Shown piece after piece: positions 1 through 10,604 of a DNA stretch of 64,000 bases. The position numbers were made by a program, and so were the translations under genes. This DNA is from an uncultured Actinomycetes bacterium (GTDB taxonomy: Bacteria; Actinomycetota; Acidimicrobiia; Acidimicrobiales; AC-9), in contig CAVQWQ010000015.1 in NCBI GenBank assembly GCA_963717645.1, positions 66,766 through 130,765 of the forward strand. Direction: 5' to 3'. Every line of letters begins with the position of its first letter. The first letter of the stretch is position 1. Below the pieces are notes generated by a model, which was not told the DNA's origin, did not search any database, and saw nothing but the letters and a program-made list of their open reading frames with translations.

Positions 1-2
1 TC

Positions 3-2648
3 GCCGCGCCGACCGGGTCGGGCAAGACCGTGGTCGCCGAGTATGCCATCGCCAAGTCTTTGGCCGAGGGGGGCAAGGCCTTCTACACGACGCCCCTCAA
101 GGCCCTGTCGAACCAGAAGTACGGCGACCTCGTCCGCCGCCACGGCCCGGATCGTGTCGGCCTGCTCACGGGCGACAACTCGATCAACGGTGACGCACAC
201 GTTGTCGTCATGACCACCGAGGTCCTTCGCAACATGATCTATGCCGGATCGCCCACGCTCACCGGTCTCCGCTGTGTCGTCCTCGACGAGGTCCACTACC
301 TCCAGAACCCCTACCGGGGCGCGGTCTGGGAGGAGGTCATCATTCACAGCCCGCCGGAGATCAAGCTGGTGTGCCTCTCGGCCACGGTGTCGAACGCCGA
401 GGAGTTCGCCGATTGGATCTCCACGGTGCGCGGTGACACGGCGGCGATCATCGAGGAGCGCCGACCCGTGGCCCTCAACCAGCTGTACCTGGTGGGCGAC
501 CGTCGCAGCGAACGCCTGCATCTGCTGCCGACCTTCGTCGACGGCCGACCCAATCCGGCGGCCGCCGCCCTCGAGGGCGCGTCACAGGGACGCCGACCGT
601 ACGGCCGCCCCCGGAGCCGGCTCTACCCGCCCTGGCGGTCCGAGGTGGTCGATCGGCTCGGGGAGGAGTCGATGCTGCCTGCCATCTACTTCATCTTCAG
701 CCGGGCCGCCTGCGACGACGCTGTGCGCCAGTGCCTCGCCGACGGCGTGCGGCTGACGACTCCCGAGGAGCGACGACAGATCAGGGCCATCGCCGAGGCC
801 AAGGTCGAGGCATTGTCGGACGACGACCTCCGGGTGCTCGGCTATGGCGCCTGGCTCACCGGGCTAGAGGCCGGCCTCGGCGCCCACCACGCCGGCCTCG
901 TGCCTCCCTTCAAAGAGGCCGTCGAAGCCTGCTTCGGCGCCGCTCTGGTCAAGGTGGTCTTCGCCACCGAGACGCTGTCGCTCGGCATCAACATGCCGGC
1001 CCGGTCGGTGGTCATCGAGAAGCTCACCAAGTTCACCGGCGAGCGTCACGAGACCCTGACCCCGGGGGAGTACACCCAGCTCACGGGAAGGGCGGGACGG
1101 CGGGGTATCGACGAGGTGGGCTACGCCGCGGTGCTATGGAATCGTTTCGTGCCCTTCTCCCAGGTGGCCGGGCTGGCGTCGACTCGCACCTACGCGCTCA
1201 CGTCCTCGTTCCGACCCACCTACAACATGACGGCCAACCTGGTCCGCCGGTACCCACCGGACCAGGCCCACCACCTCCTCAACCTCTCGTTCGCCCAGTA
1301 CCGGGCCGACGCCGACGTGGTGCACCTCGAGGCCCAGCTGGAGCGCACGGCGACAGCGCTGGCGGACGCCAGACGAGCGGCCAGCTGCGACCGCGGTGAC
1401 ATCGAGGAGCTCCGGGGCCTCGATCGCGCCGCCCGTCGGTCTGTCGCCGCAAGCGGCGAGCAGGCGCCCCTGCCCCAGAGGCTCCGGGCCGAGGTCGAGT
1501 CGGTTCTCGATCGCATCCGGCCCGGTGACGTGGTTCGCGTGCCCAGTACCGTCGCCCGCGGGCCGGTCGCGGTGATCACGACCGCCCGGCGCCGCGGTGG
1601 GGACGTGCGTCTGGGCGCCGTCACCGTCGACACCAGGAAGGTCCACCTCCGGGCGACCGACTTCCACGCTCCACCCCGGCCCCTTGCCCGCGTCGAGCTC
1701 CCCGTGCCGTACGACCCGTCGACTGCCCGGTTCGTCCGCCAGACAGCCGCCGCTCTGCGGCGCCTCGACCTCGACGACACAACCAGTCCGGGAGGCCGGC
1801 CGGAGAACGACGCGACGCCGGTCGGCAAGCGAGGCCGCAGAGGGCGAGGCGCCATCGATGCAGGTGATGCGGGGCGGGCCGGATCCGGTGTCGTGTCCTC
1901 GCATTCTGCCGCCGGCTGTCCCCAGCTCCGGACCCACCTGCGAGCGGCGGACCGCGCCGATCGGCTGGAGCGCGAGCGCGAACGCCTGGAGCGGCGGATC
2001 CGCGGGCGCAGCGAGTCGCTGGCCCGCCAGTTCGACCGAGTCCTCGGGCTGCTGCGACGGCGCGGGTACGTCGAGGGCTGGTCGCTGACCGAGGACGGGG
2101 ACCGTCTGGCCCGCATCTACCACGAGGCCGATCTGCTGGTGGCCGAGACGATCGGAGCCGGTCTCCTCGACGGGCTCGACCCGCCGTCAGTCGCCGCTCT
2201 CGTGTCGGTCTTCACCTTCGAGCCCCGGGGGCCGGGACCCGCTCCGTCGGGCGGGTTCAACCCGGGGGCGCAGCGGGCCCGCGAGGCCGGCCCGAGGAGC
2301 GAGCTCCAGCGTCGCTGGCGCGCCGTCGAGGAGCTGGCCCGGCGGCTGAATGCCGACGAGGCGGCAGCCGGCCTGCCCCCGACAAGAACACTCGACCCGG
2401 GATTCGCCGAGGTCGCCAGGGCCTGGGCCGCGGGCGACGACCTCAGCCGCGTGATCGCCGACGAAGAGGTCTCGGGCGGCGACTTCGTTCGCAACATCAA
2501 GCAGCTGATCGACCTCCTGCGCCAGATCGAGCAGGTGGCGCCGGTGCCGGGCACGGCCCGGGCCGCAGGGCGGGCGGCCGACGACGTATTCCGGGACATC
2601 GTGGCCGCCTCGTCGGTCCTCGACGCCGCCGCCGCTGCCCCCTCCTAG
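3..2648 (+). CDS. helY: Ski2-like DEAD/DEAH-box RNA helicase (HelY family), 5' end outside the window
   Basis: Frame is open from base 3 with Walker A AAPTGSGKT. Also TTPLKALSNQK, DEVH, SAT, ATETLSLGINMPA, QLTGRAGRRG and the C-terminal DSHCT-like SGGDFVRNIKQLIDLL. Confidence 0.9.
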   Translation, partial: AAPTGSGKTVVAEYAIAKSLAEGGKAFYTTPLKALSNQKYGDLVRRHGPDRVGLLTGDNSINGDAHVVVMTTEVLRNMIYAGSPTLTGLRCVVLDEVHYLQNPYRGAVWEEVIIHSPPEIKLVCLSATVSNAEEFADWISTVRGDTAAIIEERRPVALNQLYLVGDRRSERLHLLPTFVDGRPNPAAAALEGASQGRRPYGRPRSRLYPPWRSEVVDRLGEESMLPAIYFIFSRAACDDAVRQCLADGVRLTTPEERRQIRAIAEAKVEALSDDDLRVLGYGAWLTGLEAGLGAHHAGLVPPFKEAVEACFGAALVKVVFATETLSLGINMPARSVVIEKLTKFTGERHETLTPGEYTQLTGRAGRRGIDEVGYAAVLWNRFVPFSQVAGLASTRTYALTSSFRPTYNMTANLVRRYPPDQAHHLLNLSFAQYRADADVVHLEAQLERTATALADARRAASCDRGDIEELRGLDRAARRSVAASGEQAPLPQRLRAEVESVLDRIRPGDVVRVPSTVARGPVAVITTARRRGGDVRLGAVTVDTRKVHLRATDFHAPPRPLARVELPVPYDPSTARFVRQTAAALRRLDLDDTTSPGGRPENDATPVGKRGRRGRGAIDAGDAGRAGSGVVSSHSAAGCPQLRTHLRAADRADRLERERERLERRIRGRSESLARQFDRVLGLLRRRGYVEGWSLTEDGDRLARIYHEADLLVAETIGAGLLDGLDPPSVAALVSVFTFEPRGPGPAPSGGFNPGAQRAREAGPRSELQRRWRAVEELARRLNADEAAAGLPPTRTLDPGFAEVARAWAAGDDLSRVIADEEVSGGDFVRNIKQLIDLLRQIEQVAPVPGTARAAGRAADDVFRDIVAASSVLDAAAAAPS

Positions 2649-2729
2649 CTGGGTGTCCGCGAACGCCCTGTTCGGAGGGGGAGGCAGATCCACCGCCCCT
2701 GATAGCGCGGGGCCGTAGTGTGGCGCCGC

Positions 2730-4382
2730 ATGCATCCATACGTCCGGGAGCGCTTCAGCGACGAGGAGGCCGACGTCCTCCGGCGCTACTTCACGAGCAT
2801 CGACGGACCGGTCTTCGCCCTCGTCAACCTGCCCGAGGTGGTGAAGGGAGCGCTGTTCGCCCGCTACTCCCGCTCGGCCAAGAGCCTGCGACGGCTGTTC
2901 CTGGACGAGTTCGTCGGTGACCTGGACATCAGCGGCGACCTCACCGTCGACGCCACCGTCGGGCTGCGCCGAGCCGAGGAGCTCTACGACCGGATCTTCC
3001 TCGAGTACGGCGACGACTCGGTGGCCCAGCTGGGTGGCGTGCACCTCGCCTGCGAGCAGGCGTCCAACCTCCTGACCAAGGTGCTCGAGCGGAGCCGGCT
3101 CATGGCCTACCTGGAGCAGTCCACGCGCTACGTGGCCTACGACTCGCGCCTCGCCAGCGGCCATTACCGGTACTTCCGCGACCCGGCCATCCTCGAGTCC
3201 TCTCTCGGTGCCCGCTACGTGGGGGAGATGGACCGGATGTTCGACACCTACGCCGCGCTGGTGCCCGTCGTCCAGGCCTGGCTCACCCGCCGCTACCCCA
3301 AGGCGAGCACCGATCCGGACCTGGCCTACCGTCAGTCGATACGGGCCAAGGCCTTCGATGCGCTGCGGGGGCTCCTTCCGGCCGGGTCGCTGTCCAATGT
3401 GGGCATCTACGGGACCGGGCAGTCCTACGAGCTGCTGCTCCTCCACATGCGTGCCCATCCCCTCCCTGAGGCGCGCTATTACGCCGAGCTCATGCTCGAG
3501 GAGCTCCGAAAGGCCATCCCGTCGTTCCTGAAGCGCGTGGACCGACAGGATCGGGGCGGGCAGTGGTCGGCCTACCTGGCCGCCAATCGCGCCGCCATGG
3601 ACGACGTTGCCGGCCGGCTCTTTCCCTCGGGCGGGGCGGGTGCGGGCGACCCCCCTCCGGCGGTGACGCTGGCGGACTTCGATCCCGACGGTGAGAACAA
3701 GATGATCGCCGCCATGCTGTACCCGCACACCCACCTTGCGGAGAGCGAGCTGGCCGTGCAGGTCGCCCAAATGTCGGCAGACGAACGGCGCCAGGTGGTG
3801 CGGGCCTACGTGGGCGATCGCGTCAATCGTCGTCATCGTCCCGGGCGGGCGCTGGAGCGCACGTCGTACCGGTTCGACGTCGTGTCGGACTACGGCGCCT
3901 TCCGGGACCTCCAGCGGCATCGCATGCTCACCATCGAGTGGCAGGGCCTCGACACCAGCCTCGGCTACGACCTCCCCGACGCCGCCGTCGAGGCGGAGGT
4001 CGCGCCGGAGTTCGAGGAATCGATGGTCCGGTCAGCGACCCTGCACGAGGCCCTGGCTTCGCCGTTCCCCCAGCAGGCGCCGTACGCCGTGGCCCTCGCC
4101 TTCCGGGTCCGCTACATGATGCAGATGAGCGTCCGCGAGGCCATGCACGTGCTGGAGCTCCGGTCGGGCTCCCAGGGCCACCCCGCCTACCGCGCCGTGG
4201 TCCGCGAGATGCACCGCCTCATCGCCGATCGGGCCGGGCATCACGCCGTGGCCGAGATGATGCGCTTCGTCGATCGTGACGACCAGAGCGACAACGGCCT
4301 CGGGCGACTCGAGGCCGCCCGCCGGACGGAGGCCCGCCGCGTGGCGGAGCACCAGCGCCACCCAGCTCGGCCGGCCCGCTGA
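2730..4382 (+). CDS. thyX: FAD-dependent thymidylate synthase, long two-domain ThyX/Thy1 type
   Basis: ALFARYSRS, YGDDSVAQL, EQSTRY and RDLQRHR motifs typical of long ThyX proteins; ATG at 2730. Confidence 0.85.
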   Translation: MHPYVRERFSDEEADVLRRYFTSIDGPVFALVNLPEVVKGALFARYSRSAKSLRRLFLDEFVGDLDISGDLTVDATVGLRRAEELYDRIFLEYGDDSVAQLGGVHLACEQASNLLTKVLERSRLMAYLEQSTRYVAYDSRLASGHYRYFRDPAILESSLGARYVGEMDRMFDTYAALVPVVQAWLTRRYPKASTDPDLAYRQSIRAKAFDALRGLLPAGSLSNVGIYGTGQSYELLLLHMRAHPLPEARYYAELMLEELRKAIPSFLKRVDRQDRGGQWSAYLAANRAAMDDVAGRLFPSGGAGAGDPPPAVTLADFDPDGENKMIAAMLYPHTHLAESELAVQVAQMSADERRQVVRAYVGDRVNRRHRPGRALERTSYRFDVVSDYGAFRDLQRHRMLTIEWQGLDTSLGYDLPDAAVEAEVAPEFEESMVRSATLHEALASPFPQQAPYAVALAFRVRYMMQMSVREAMHVLELRSGSQGHPAYRAVVREMHRLIADRAGHHAVAEMMRFVDRDDQSDNGLGRLEAARRTEARRVAEHQRHPARPAR

Positions 4383-4883
4383 CACCGCCGATAGGCGCGC
4401 AGCTGGGCTGGTATCCCCCATGTGTTGGATATTTTTTCACCCCCCTGAACAGGGCCAATACGCGAAGACCCTGGTCATAGGGCTCCGACTCGGGCTTGAC
4501 GATGACCTCCAGGCGCGGCATAACTAGCGGAGTCCCAGACGCCCCGGACGCCAGGTCGTGGGCCTCCCGGGATTAGGTATTTCTGGTCTCGGGAGGGGGG
4601 GTCGCGGGCCGCGGGGGCCCAGGAAGCCGAGTAGAGAACGTCCCAATAACCCTTCTTTCGCGCGCTCTTGTGAGCGTGGCGGGGAATGGGCCACCGGATG
4701 GCCCCAAAGGCTCCTGGGCCCGACCGCCCGCCGGATCCGCTGTTGAAGGCGCTGTTCCGACTGGCGGCTCGCTTGCCGGGACGCGACAGTTTGCGCGCGC
4801 CGGAGCCCGCCACCCCGTGGCGGGCTCGATGAGCAGAAGGCTCCGTATAGGCTCCCGGCCGAACTCAGCAAGGACGGGCTGTA

Positions 4884-5360
4884 ATGGCGGAAGACGTCGA
4901 CGACCAGTTGGACGAAGAAAAAGAAGAAGAGGAAGAGGAACTCGACGAGCCCGACCTCGACGAGCTTGCAGACGACGAGCTGATCGATGAAGACGCCCTC
5001 GAGGAAGAAGAGGCCGATGGGGGGGACGAGGAGGGCGACGAGGACGAAGAGCCGGAGGGACAGAACGGCGCCGCTCCCGCCACGACCGATCGGGCCGAGG
5101 ACGACGAGGACGAGGAGGACGACGAGGACGAGGAGGAGGACGTCGAGGCCAGCCTCGACGTGATCCTCAAGGAGCGCTTGGTCGTCGCCGAGGACGAGGA
5201 GGAGGACGAGGAGACACCCGACACAGAGGACCGGGCGGAGACGGCGACGAAGGTGCTGCCCAAACAGCCGGACGAGTTCGTGTGCCGGTCGTGCTTCCTC
5301 GTCAAGCACCCCAGCCAGCTGGCTGACCAGAAGCGGATGCTGTGCCGCGACTGCGTCTAG
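4884..5360 (+). CDS. DUF4193-family protein (acidic N-terminus, C-terminal CxxC/CxxC zinc finger)
   Basis: PKQPDEFVCRSCFLVKHPSQL...CRDC after an E/D-rich tract; AAGGA RBS upstream. Confidence 0.85.
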   Translation: MAEDVDDQLDEEKEEEEEELDEPDLDELADDELIDEDALEEEEADGGDEEGDEDEEPEGQNGAAPATTDRAEDDEDEEDDEDEEEDVEASLDVILKERLVVAEDEEEDEETPDTEDRAETATKVLPKQPDEFVCRSCFLVKHPSQLADQKRMLCRDCV

Positions 5361-5438
5361 GCCGGCCCGAGAGGCCGGCCCGAGAGAGAAGCCGCAGGCG
5401 CCCCGCGCGCCTAGGCCGGCCCGAGAGGCCGGCCCGAG
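5357..5438. repeat. Two 28-bp direct repeats CTAGGCCGGCCCGAGAGGCCGGCCCGAG (REP-like palindrome)
   Basis: Identical copies at 5357-5384 and 5411-5438. Confidence 0.85.
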
Positions 5439-5460
5439 TACGGGGCCGCGGGGGTCGCCG

Positions 5461-5907
5461 ATGAGCTACCGCCGGATCGTGGTCGGCACCGACGGCTCCG
5501 AGACCGCCAGCAAGGCCGTCGCGCACGCCGCCCGGCTCGCCGCCAACCTCGGGGCCGCCCTCATCGCTGTGACCGCTTACGACCCCCACCCGCCGGGCCT
5601 GGACCGCGACCGGGCCGAGGCCCCCGACGACATCAAGTGGCGGATCACCGCGTCGGGGATCGCCGACGATCACGCCCAGGACGTCGTCCGGCTCGCCCGG
5701 CAGGCCGGGGTCACCCAGGCCAGCTCGGTGTCCGAGGCGGGCACCGCCGCCGAGGCCCTGCTCGAGGTGGCCGACCGGCGGCGAGCCGATCTGATCGTGG
5801 TGGGGTCGAAAGGCATGTCGTCAGCCGGCCGCTTCCTGCTCGGCAGCGTGCCCAACGCCGTGAGCCATCACGCCCCGTGCGACGTGATGATCGTGCGCAC
5901 CGACTGA
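5461..5907 (+). CDS. Universal stress protein (UspA family)
   Basis: IVVGTDGS at the N-terminus; DLIVVGSKG...LLGSVPNAVSHHAPCDVMIV. Confidence 0.92.
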   Translation: MSYRRIVVGTDGSETASKAVAHAARLAANLGAALIAVTAYDPHPPGLDRDRAEAPDDIKWRITASGIADDHAQDVVRLARQAGVTQASSVSEAGTAAEALLEVADRRRADLIVVGSKGMSSAGRFLLGSVPNAVSHHAPCDVMIVRTD

Positions 5908-5946
5908 CCGGGCCGACCGAGGTGCGCCGTGAGGAATGATGGAGCC

Positions 5947-6645
5947 ATGACGGATAGGAAATCACTGCTCGAGCAGGCCCTCGATGTGTGCGTCTACGCG
6001 CCGGTGGGGTTGGCAATCTCGGTCACCGAGGAACTGCCCCAGCTGATCGACAAGGGCCGGACCCGGGTGAACAGCCAGTTGGCGATGGCCAAGATGGTCG
6101 GCAGCTTCGCCGTCGCCCAGGGGCAACGCGAGGCGGAGCGAGTTGTCCGGCATGCCACCAGTCGGGTCTCGGAGAGCGGCCCATTCGGGGCACCGCCGGC
6201 CCGGCAGGCCGGCTCGACGGCACCGCTGGCTCCGGAGGCGGGCCCGACGGCGCAGGGAGCGGAGGCGCCGGCCGACCTCGATGCCGCGCCGTGGACCACC
6301 TCGGCAGGCGGGATGGAGCCGACCGACGGCGACGGGGTGGGAACGACGTCCATGGTCGAAGACGCCGCCCGGTCCGACGGTGCCGCAGCCATTTTCCCGT
6401 CCACCACTCCCGCGCCCGACGAGGACACCTCGCACGGGGCGACGGCACCGGAGAAGCCGGTCGGTGACGCCAGCGCGCTGGCTATTCCGGGCTACGACGC
6501 GCTGTCCGCCTCGCAGGTCGTCCAGCGCCTGGCCGGCCTGGCCACCGACGAGCTGGAGGCGGTGAGGACGTACGAGGCCGCCACCCGAGGCCGGAGGACG
6601 ATCCTCAATCGCATCGCCCAGTTGCAGGCTCCCGGCAGCAGCTGA
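5947..6645 (+). CDS. Conserved actinobacterial hypothetical protein
   Basis: GGAG RBS then ATG 5947; C-terminal IPGYDALSASQVVQRL...YEAATRGRRTILNRI motif. Confidence 0.65.
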   Translation: MTDRKSLLEQALDVCVYAPVGLAISVTEELPQLIDKGRTRVNSQLAMAKMVGSFAVAQGQREAERVVRHATSRVSESGPFGAPPARQAGSTAPLAPEAGPTAQGAEAPADLDAAPWTTSAGGMEPTDGDGVGTTSMVEDAARSDGAAAIFPSTTPAPDEDTSHGATAPEKPVGDASALAIPGYDALSASQVVQRLAGLATDELEAVRTYEAATRGRRTILNRIAQLQAPGSS

Positions 6646-7154
6646 TGCATGAGGGGGCCAGGCGAGCCGACCGGGATGACCTCCCTCGGCTCGCCGAGCT
6701 CTACCGGACCGCCCTGGCCCAGCTCTCCGCCGGCCGTGGCGGGGCGCTCCTCGCCGAGCGCCACGGTCGACCCGAGCCCGTGGACCAGGCGCTGGCCCGG
6801 GCCGTGGAGGACCGGGACCGGGCGGCCTGGGTCGGCACGGTCGATGACCAGACCGTCGGCTACGCAATCGGACGTACCGAGACGCTCGCCGGCGGCACCG
6901 AGCTCGGCGTCGTGGAGGACCTGTTCGTGGAGCAGGGCGCCCGCAGCGTGGGGGTGGGCGAAGCCCTCATGGGCGCTCTTCTGGCCTGGTTCGTCGATCG
7001 GGGCTGCGCCGGGGTGGACACCGTGGCACTCCCCGGCGACCGTCTCAGCAAGAACTTCTTCGAATCGAGCGGCTTCAAGGCGCGCCTGATCGTCATGCAC
7101 CGGGCCCTGCCTTCGGACCGGCGTCCTGGGTCGACCCCGCCTTTGGAGCAGTGA
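6645..7154 (+). CDS. GNAT-family N-acetyltransferase
   Basis: LFVEQGARSVGVGEALM acetyl-CoA motif and KNFFESSGF; overlaps both neighbours. Confidence 0.85.
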   Translation: MHEGARRADRDDLPRLAELYRTALAQLSAGRGGALLAERHGRPEPVDQALARAVEDRDRAAWVGTVDDQTVGYAIGRTETLAGGTELGVVEDLFVEQGARSVGVGEALMGALLAWFVDRGCAGVDTVALPGDRLSKNFFESSGFKARLIVMHRALPSDRRPGSTPPLEQ

Positions 7155-7543
7155 CCTGTCCCGAGCTCTGCGTCGGCGCCGTGGCCGTAGCCGACGACGA
7201 GCTGCTGCTGGTACGGCGGGGGAGGGGTCCGGGAACAGGACAATGGTCGGTCCCCGGCGGCCGGGTCGAGGCGGGGGAGACGATCCGCGACGCGGTCGTG
7301 CGCGAAGTGGCGGAGGAGACCGGCCTATCGGTGCGCTGCGGCGAGCTCCTGGGTTGGGCCGAGCGGATCGGACCGGAGCACCACTTCGTGATCCTCGACT
7401 TCGTCGTCACCGTGACCGATGGACGGCAGCCGGTGGCCGGTGACGACGCAGCCGAGGCCCGATGGTTCCCGTTGCCCTCGGTGCCTCACGTCGCGCTGGT
7501 GGACGGTCTGGACGGTTTCCTCCGGGACCACGGCGTCCTCTGA
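7151..7543 (+). CDS. NUDIX hydrolase
   Basis: Nudix box GGRVEAGETIRDAVVREVAEETG. Confidence 0.92.
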   Translation: MTCPELCVGAVAVADDELLLVRRGRGPGTGQWSVPGGRVEAGETIRDAVVREVAEETGLSVRCGELLGWAERIGPEHHFVILDFVVTVTDGRQPVAGDDAAEARWFPLPSVPHVALVDGLDGFLRDHGVL

Positions 7544-7556
7544 CCGTCGAGCCGCG

Positions 7557-8318
7557 TCAGCGTCCCTTCCAGACCGGCGCCCGCTTCTCGATGAAGGCCC
7601 GCGGACCTTCGGCGAAGTCCTCGGTGCGGGCGGCGCGGCTCATCGCCTCATCGGTCATCCGCCACAGGGTCTCGTCGTCGGCGGTGTGGGCGGCCATCGC
7701 CACCTGCCGGCTCTCCCGTACCGCCACGGGGGCGTTGGCAGAGACCCGCTGGGCCAGCGCCAGCGCTGCCGTCAGCGCCTCTCCAGGAGCGACCAGCTCG
7801 TTCACCATGCCGAGGGCGTGCGCCCTCTCGGCCGGCAGGGGGTCGCCGGTGAGAATGAGCTCCATGGCCACCGTCGGGGGGAGGGCTCGGGGCAGCCGGA
7901 ACAACCCGCCAGCAGCCGCCACCAGCGATCGCTTGACCTCGGGGAGACCGAACGAGGCGGCCGTGGACGCCACGATGAGGTCGCACGCCAGGGCGATCTC
8001 ACAGCCCCCGGCCAAGGCCGGCCCATCGACCGCCGCCACGAGGGGCTTGACCCGGCCCCGGCGGGTGATCCCGGCGAATCCGCCTCGCTCGGTGGACAGC
8101 GTCAACGCGTCACCGGCGGCGACAGCCTTGAGATCGGCGCCAGCCGAGAAGACGGGGCCCTCGGCGCTAACGACACCGATCCACACCTCGCTGTCTCTCT
8201 CGAGGCGATCGAGGGCCGCCTCGATGCCCTTGGCCACGTCGGCGTTGACAGCGTTGCGGGCCTCGGGGCGCCGGATGGTGACCACCGCCGTGCGCCCCTG
8301 CCCGCGGTAGTCGACCAT
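7557..8318 (-). CDS. Enoyl-CoA hydratase/isomerase
   Basis: RPEARNAVN, FSAGADL, ALAGGCEIALACD, FGLPEV, AFIEKR; ATG at 8318. Confidence 0.92.
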   Translation of the reverse strand: MVDYRGQGRTAVVTIRRPEARNAVNADVAKGIEAALDRLERDSEVWIGVVSAEGPVFSAGADLKAVAAGDALTLSTERGGFAGITRRGRVKPLVAAVDGPALAGGCEIALACDLIVASTAASFGLPEVKRSLVAAAGGLFRLPRALPPTVAMELILTGDPLPAERAHALGMVNELVAPGEALTAALALAQRVSANAPVAVRESRQVAMAAHTADDETLWRMTDEAMSRAARTEDFAEGPRAFIEKRAPVWKGR

Positions 8319-8322
8319 GGGC

Positions 8323-9738
8323 TCAGCCGGCACGGCGGTCGTGATCGACAGCGGCGCGCGGCGGACGAGGGGGGTGGGGCCGCGGTGGACCCGGCGGCGG
8401 CGGCATCTCGATGCCGAGCAGGGTGGCGAGCGCCGGCACCCGTCCGGAGGCCTGCCGCGCCGCGTGGACCACGTCGGCCGCCGGATCGCGGGGGAGCCCC
8501 CGGGGCTTGACCGTCCGCCGGATCGGAGAGTCCGCCACCGCACCGAGCAGGGTCGTCCATCGCTCCGCCGAGGTGTCGGGCGCCATCGCCTCGCCGGCAG
8601 CATCGCTCATGCGAACGGCCAGCTCGGCAGGAAAGCGCGCTGTTGGCTCGGGCGGGTGAGCCGAGACCCGCAGGGCCCGTACGAGGCGACCGTCGTCCAG
8701 GGCTCGGGTGATCTCCTCTATCCACTGGTCGCGCAGGCGCGCCACGCGCCGCTCGAGCGCCTCGCGGAGAGTGCTGGCGAGGAGCCGACTCTCGTCGTCG
8801 CGTGTGACCGTGTCCGCGCCGGCGACGACCGACCGCAGGTCCCGCAGGCTGATCTCGTCGACGGCGCCGGCGGCCGCTTCGGCCCGGTCCCGCCAGGTGG
8901 CGACCCTCATTCGGGGAAGAAGCTCGTCAGCCAGAGCGAGAAGTGCCTCGCCGTTGACCTCGGGGAGGTTGGCCGAGCGCGCCCGCTCGTTCTGGGCCTC
9001 GATGGCCTGGCGGACGGCGGGAATACCACCCTTGAGCACCTGCTCGGCGATGGGTCGCCGTTCGGGCGACAGTCCAGCCAGAGCCGCGTCGCGGTGCACG
9101 CTGGACGGGCTCAACCGCTTGGGCCGAGGTGTCGTGGCGCCGCCGTCCCCCGAGTCGTCGCGCTGACGCGCCGGTCGACCCGCGGCGCGCCCGGCCGCCT
9201 CGGCATCCCGCCGCGGCCCGCGCCGCCCACCCTCATGGCGCCGTTCGCCGTTCGCGTCCCCCGGCGTCCGACCTCCCGTGGGCCTGCCTCTCGGACCAGC
9301 GTCGCGGCGGCCTCGTCCCTCGCCTGCCGGCCGCGACTGGCGCGTCGAGCGCTCGCGGCGAGGCTGGTCCGCCGTGTCGCCATCGCCGCCTCGTCGCGGC
9401 CGCCGCCTCGCACCGTCGCCGTCGCCATGGCCTCGCTCCGGGCGCCCGGTCCGGCGCACCACCGACGACGTGACACCCTCCTGTCGACTCGGCGATCCGA
9501 TGATCTCCAGCCGCTCGGGCTCGGCACGCTTCTTCTCCTTTGGCGGCAGCACCGACGAGATGCTGATGCCTTCGAGCTCGAAATCCGCCTCCGCCCGCAC
9601 CACGTCACCGACCTTGGCGCCCTCGTAGAGGACAGAGCCCTCGAGCACGCCCTTGGGCTGGCGCGCCCCAGCCGCCCGCCACGTCCAGCTGCCGTCTTCC
9701 CGGACGCTGGTCAGCTCCACGTCGATCCTGTGGGACAT
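8323..9738 (-). CDS. Conserved hypothetical protein (globular N-terminus, R/G-rich linker, helical C-terminus)
   Basis: MSHRIDVELTS...WTWRAAGARQPKG N-terminus; codon pattern and gene packing favour this frame over the + strand ORF. Confidence 0.7.
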   Translation of the reverse strand: MSHRIDVELTSVREDGSWTWRAAGARQPKGVLEGSVLYEGAKVGDVVRAEADFELEGISISSVLPPKEKKRAEPERLEIIGSPSRQEGVTSSVVRRTGRPERGHGDGDGARRRPRRGGDGDTADQPRRERSTRQSRPAGEGRGRRDAGPRGRPTGGRTPGDANGERRHEGGRRGPRRDAEAAGRAAGRPARQRDDSGDGGATTPRPKRLSPSSVHRDAALAGLSPERRPIAEQVLKGGIPAVRQAIEAQNERARSANLPEVNGEALLALADELLPRMRVATWRDRAEAAAGAVDEISLRDLRSVVAGADTVTRDDESRLLASTLREALERRVARLRDQWIEEITRALDDGRLVRALRVSAHPPEPTARFPAELAVRMSDAAGEAMAPDTSAERWTTLLGAVADSPIRRTVKPRGLPRDPAADVVHAARQASGRVPALATLLGIEMPPPPGPPRPHPPRPPRAAVDHDRRAG

Positions 9739-9838
9739 GACGTTGGCCAAGCTACAACGGGATCACCGGGGCCTGCGACGGGCGCGGCCGCCCGGCTCGC
9801 GGGAAAAGCGCCGAGGCGCACCCGTAGAGTGGCGCCCC

Positions 9839-10549
9839 GTGCCCCCGCCTGTCCTCCTGGTCCATGGCTTCGCCTCCTCGTTCGAGCGCAACTGGCGGGA
9901 GCCCGGCTGGGTGGATCTCCTGTCCGACGCCGGTCGGGAGGTCATCGGCGCCGACCTCCTCGGCCACGGCACGGCCGCCAAACCCCACGACGCCGCCGCC
10001 TACACCCGCCTCGAACCCGACCTGGCGACGCTCCTCCCGTCCGACAACCCCGTCGACGCCATCGGCTTCTCGTTGGGGGCGAGGCTGGTCCTCGCCGTCG
10101 CCGCCACCCGGCCTGGCGCCTTCGGCCGGATCGTGGTGGGCGGTGTAGGGGAGAGCCTGCTGCGCCAGGACGATCCCGAGCCCATCGCCCGCGCCGTAGA
10201 GGGCTCGGTGGCCGGGTCCGGCACCGGGACGTCGGCCCATCCGGCCGAATCCAACATCGCCCGCGCCTTCACGAGGTTCGCCAGGACGCCGGGCAACGAC
10301 CCCCTCGCCCTGGCCGCCTGCCTCCGGCGACCCGTCGCCCCCCTGACCCGCGAGGAGCTCGGCGGGGTGCGGGTTCCGGTCCTCGTGGTCCTCGGGGACC
10401 AGGATTTCGCCGGCCCCGCCGAGCCCCTGCTCGACGCCCTGCCCGACGCCACCCTGGTCGTCCTGAAGGGCGTGGACCACCTGGCCACACCGATGAACTT
10501 CGGCTTCATCGACGCTGCGCTCGGCTTTCTCGGGGCGCTCCCGACGTGA
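9839..10549 (+). CDS. Alpha/beta-fold hydrolase
   Basis: VLLVHGF, DLLGHG, nucleophile elbow GFSLG, C-terminal DH. Confidence 0.85.
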   Translation: MPPPVLLVHGFASSFERNWREPGWVDLLSDAGREVIGADLLGHGTAAKPHDAAAYTRLEPDLATLLPSDNPVDAIGFSLGARLVLAVAATRPGAFGRIVVGGVGESLLRQDDPEPIARAVEGSVAGSGTGTSAHPAESNIARAFTRFARTPGNDPLALAACLRRPVAPLTREELGGVRVPVLVVLGDQDFAGPAEPLLDALPDATLVVLKGVDHLATPMNFGFIDAALGFLGALPT

Positions 10550-10604
10550 GCCAGCTGGGGCAATTGCGCTGGTTAACACAACCTGGCTCGTTAGGATCAG
10601 GCCG

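Noticed and set aside
4884-5230. GAG/GAC-rich low-complexity tract
   Set aside because: It is just the acidic region of the DUF4193 protein.
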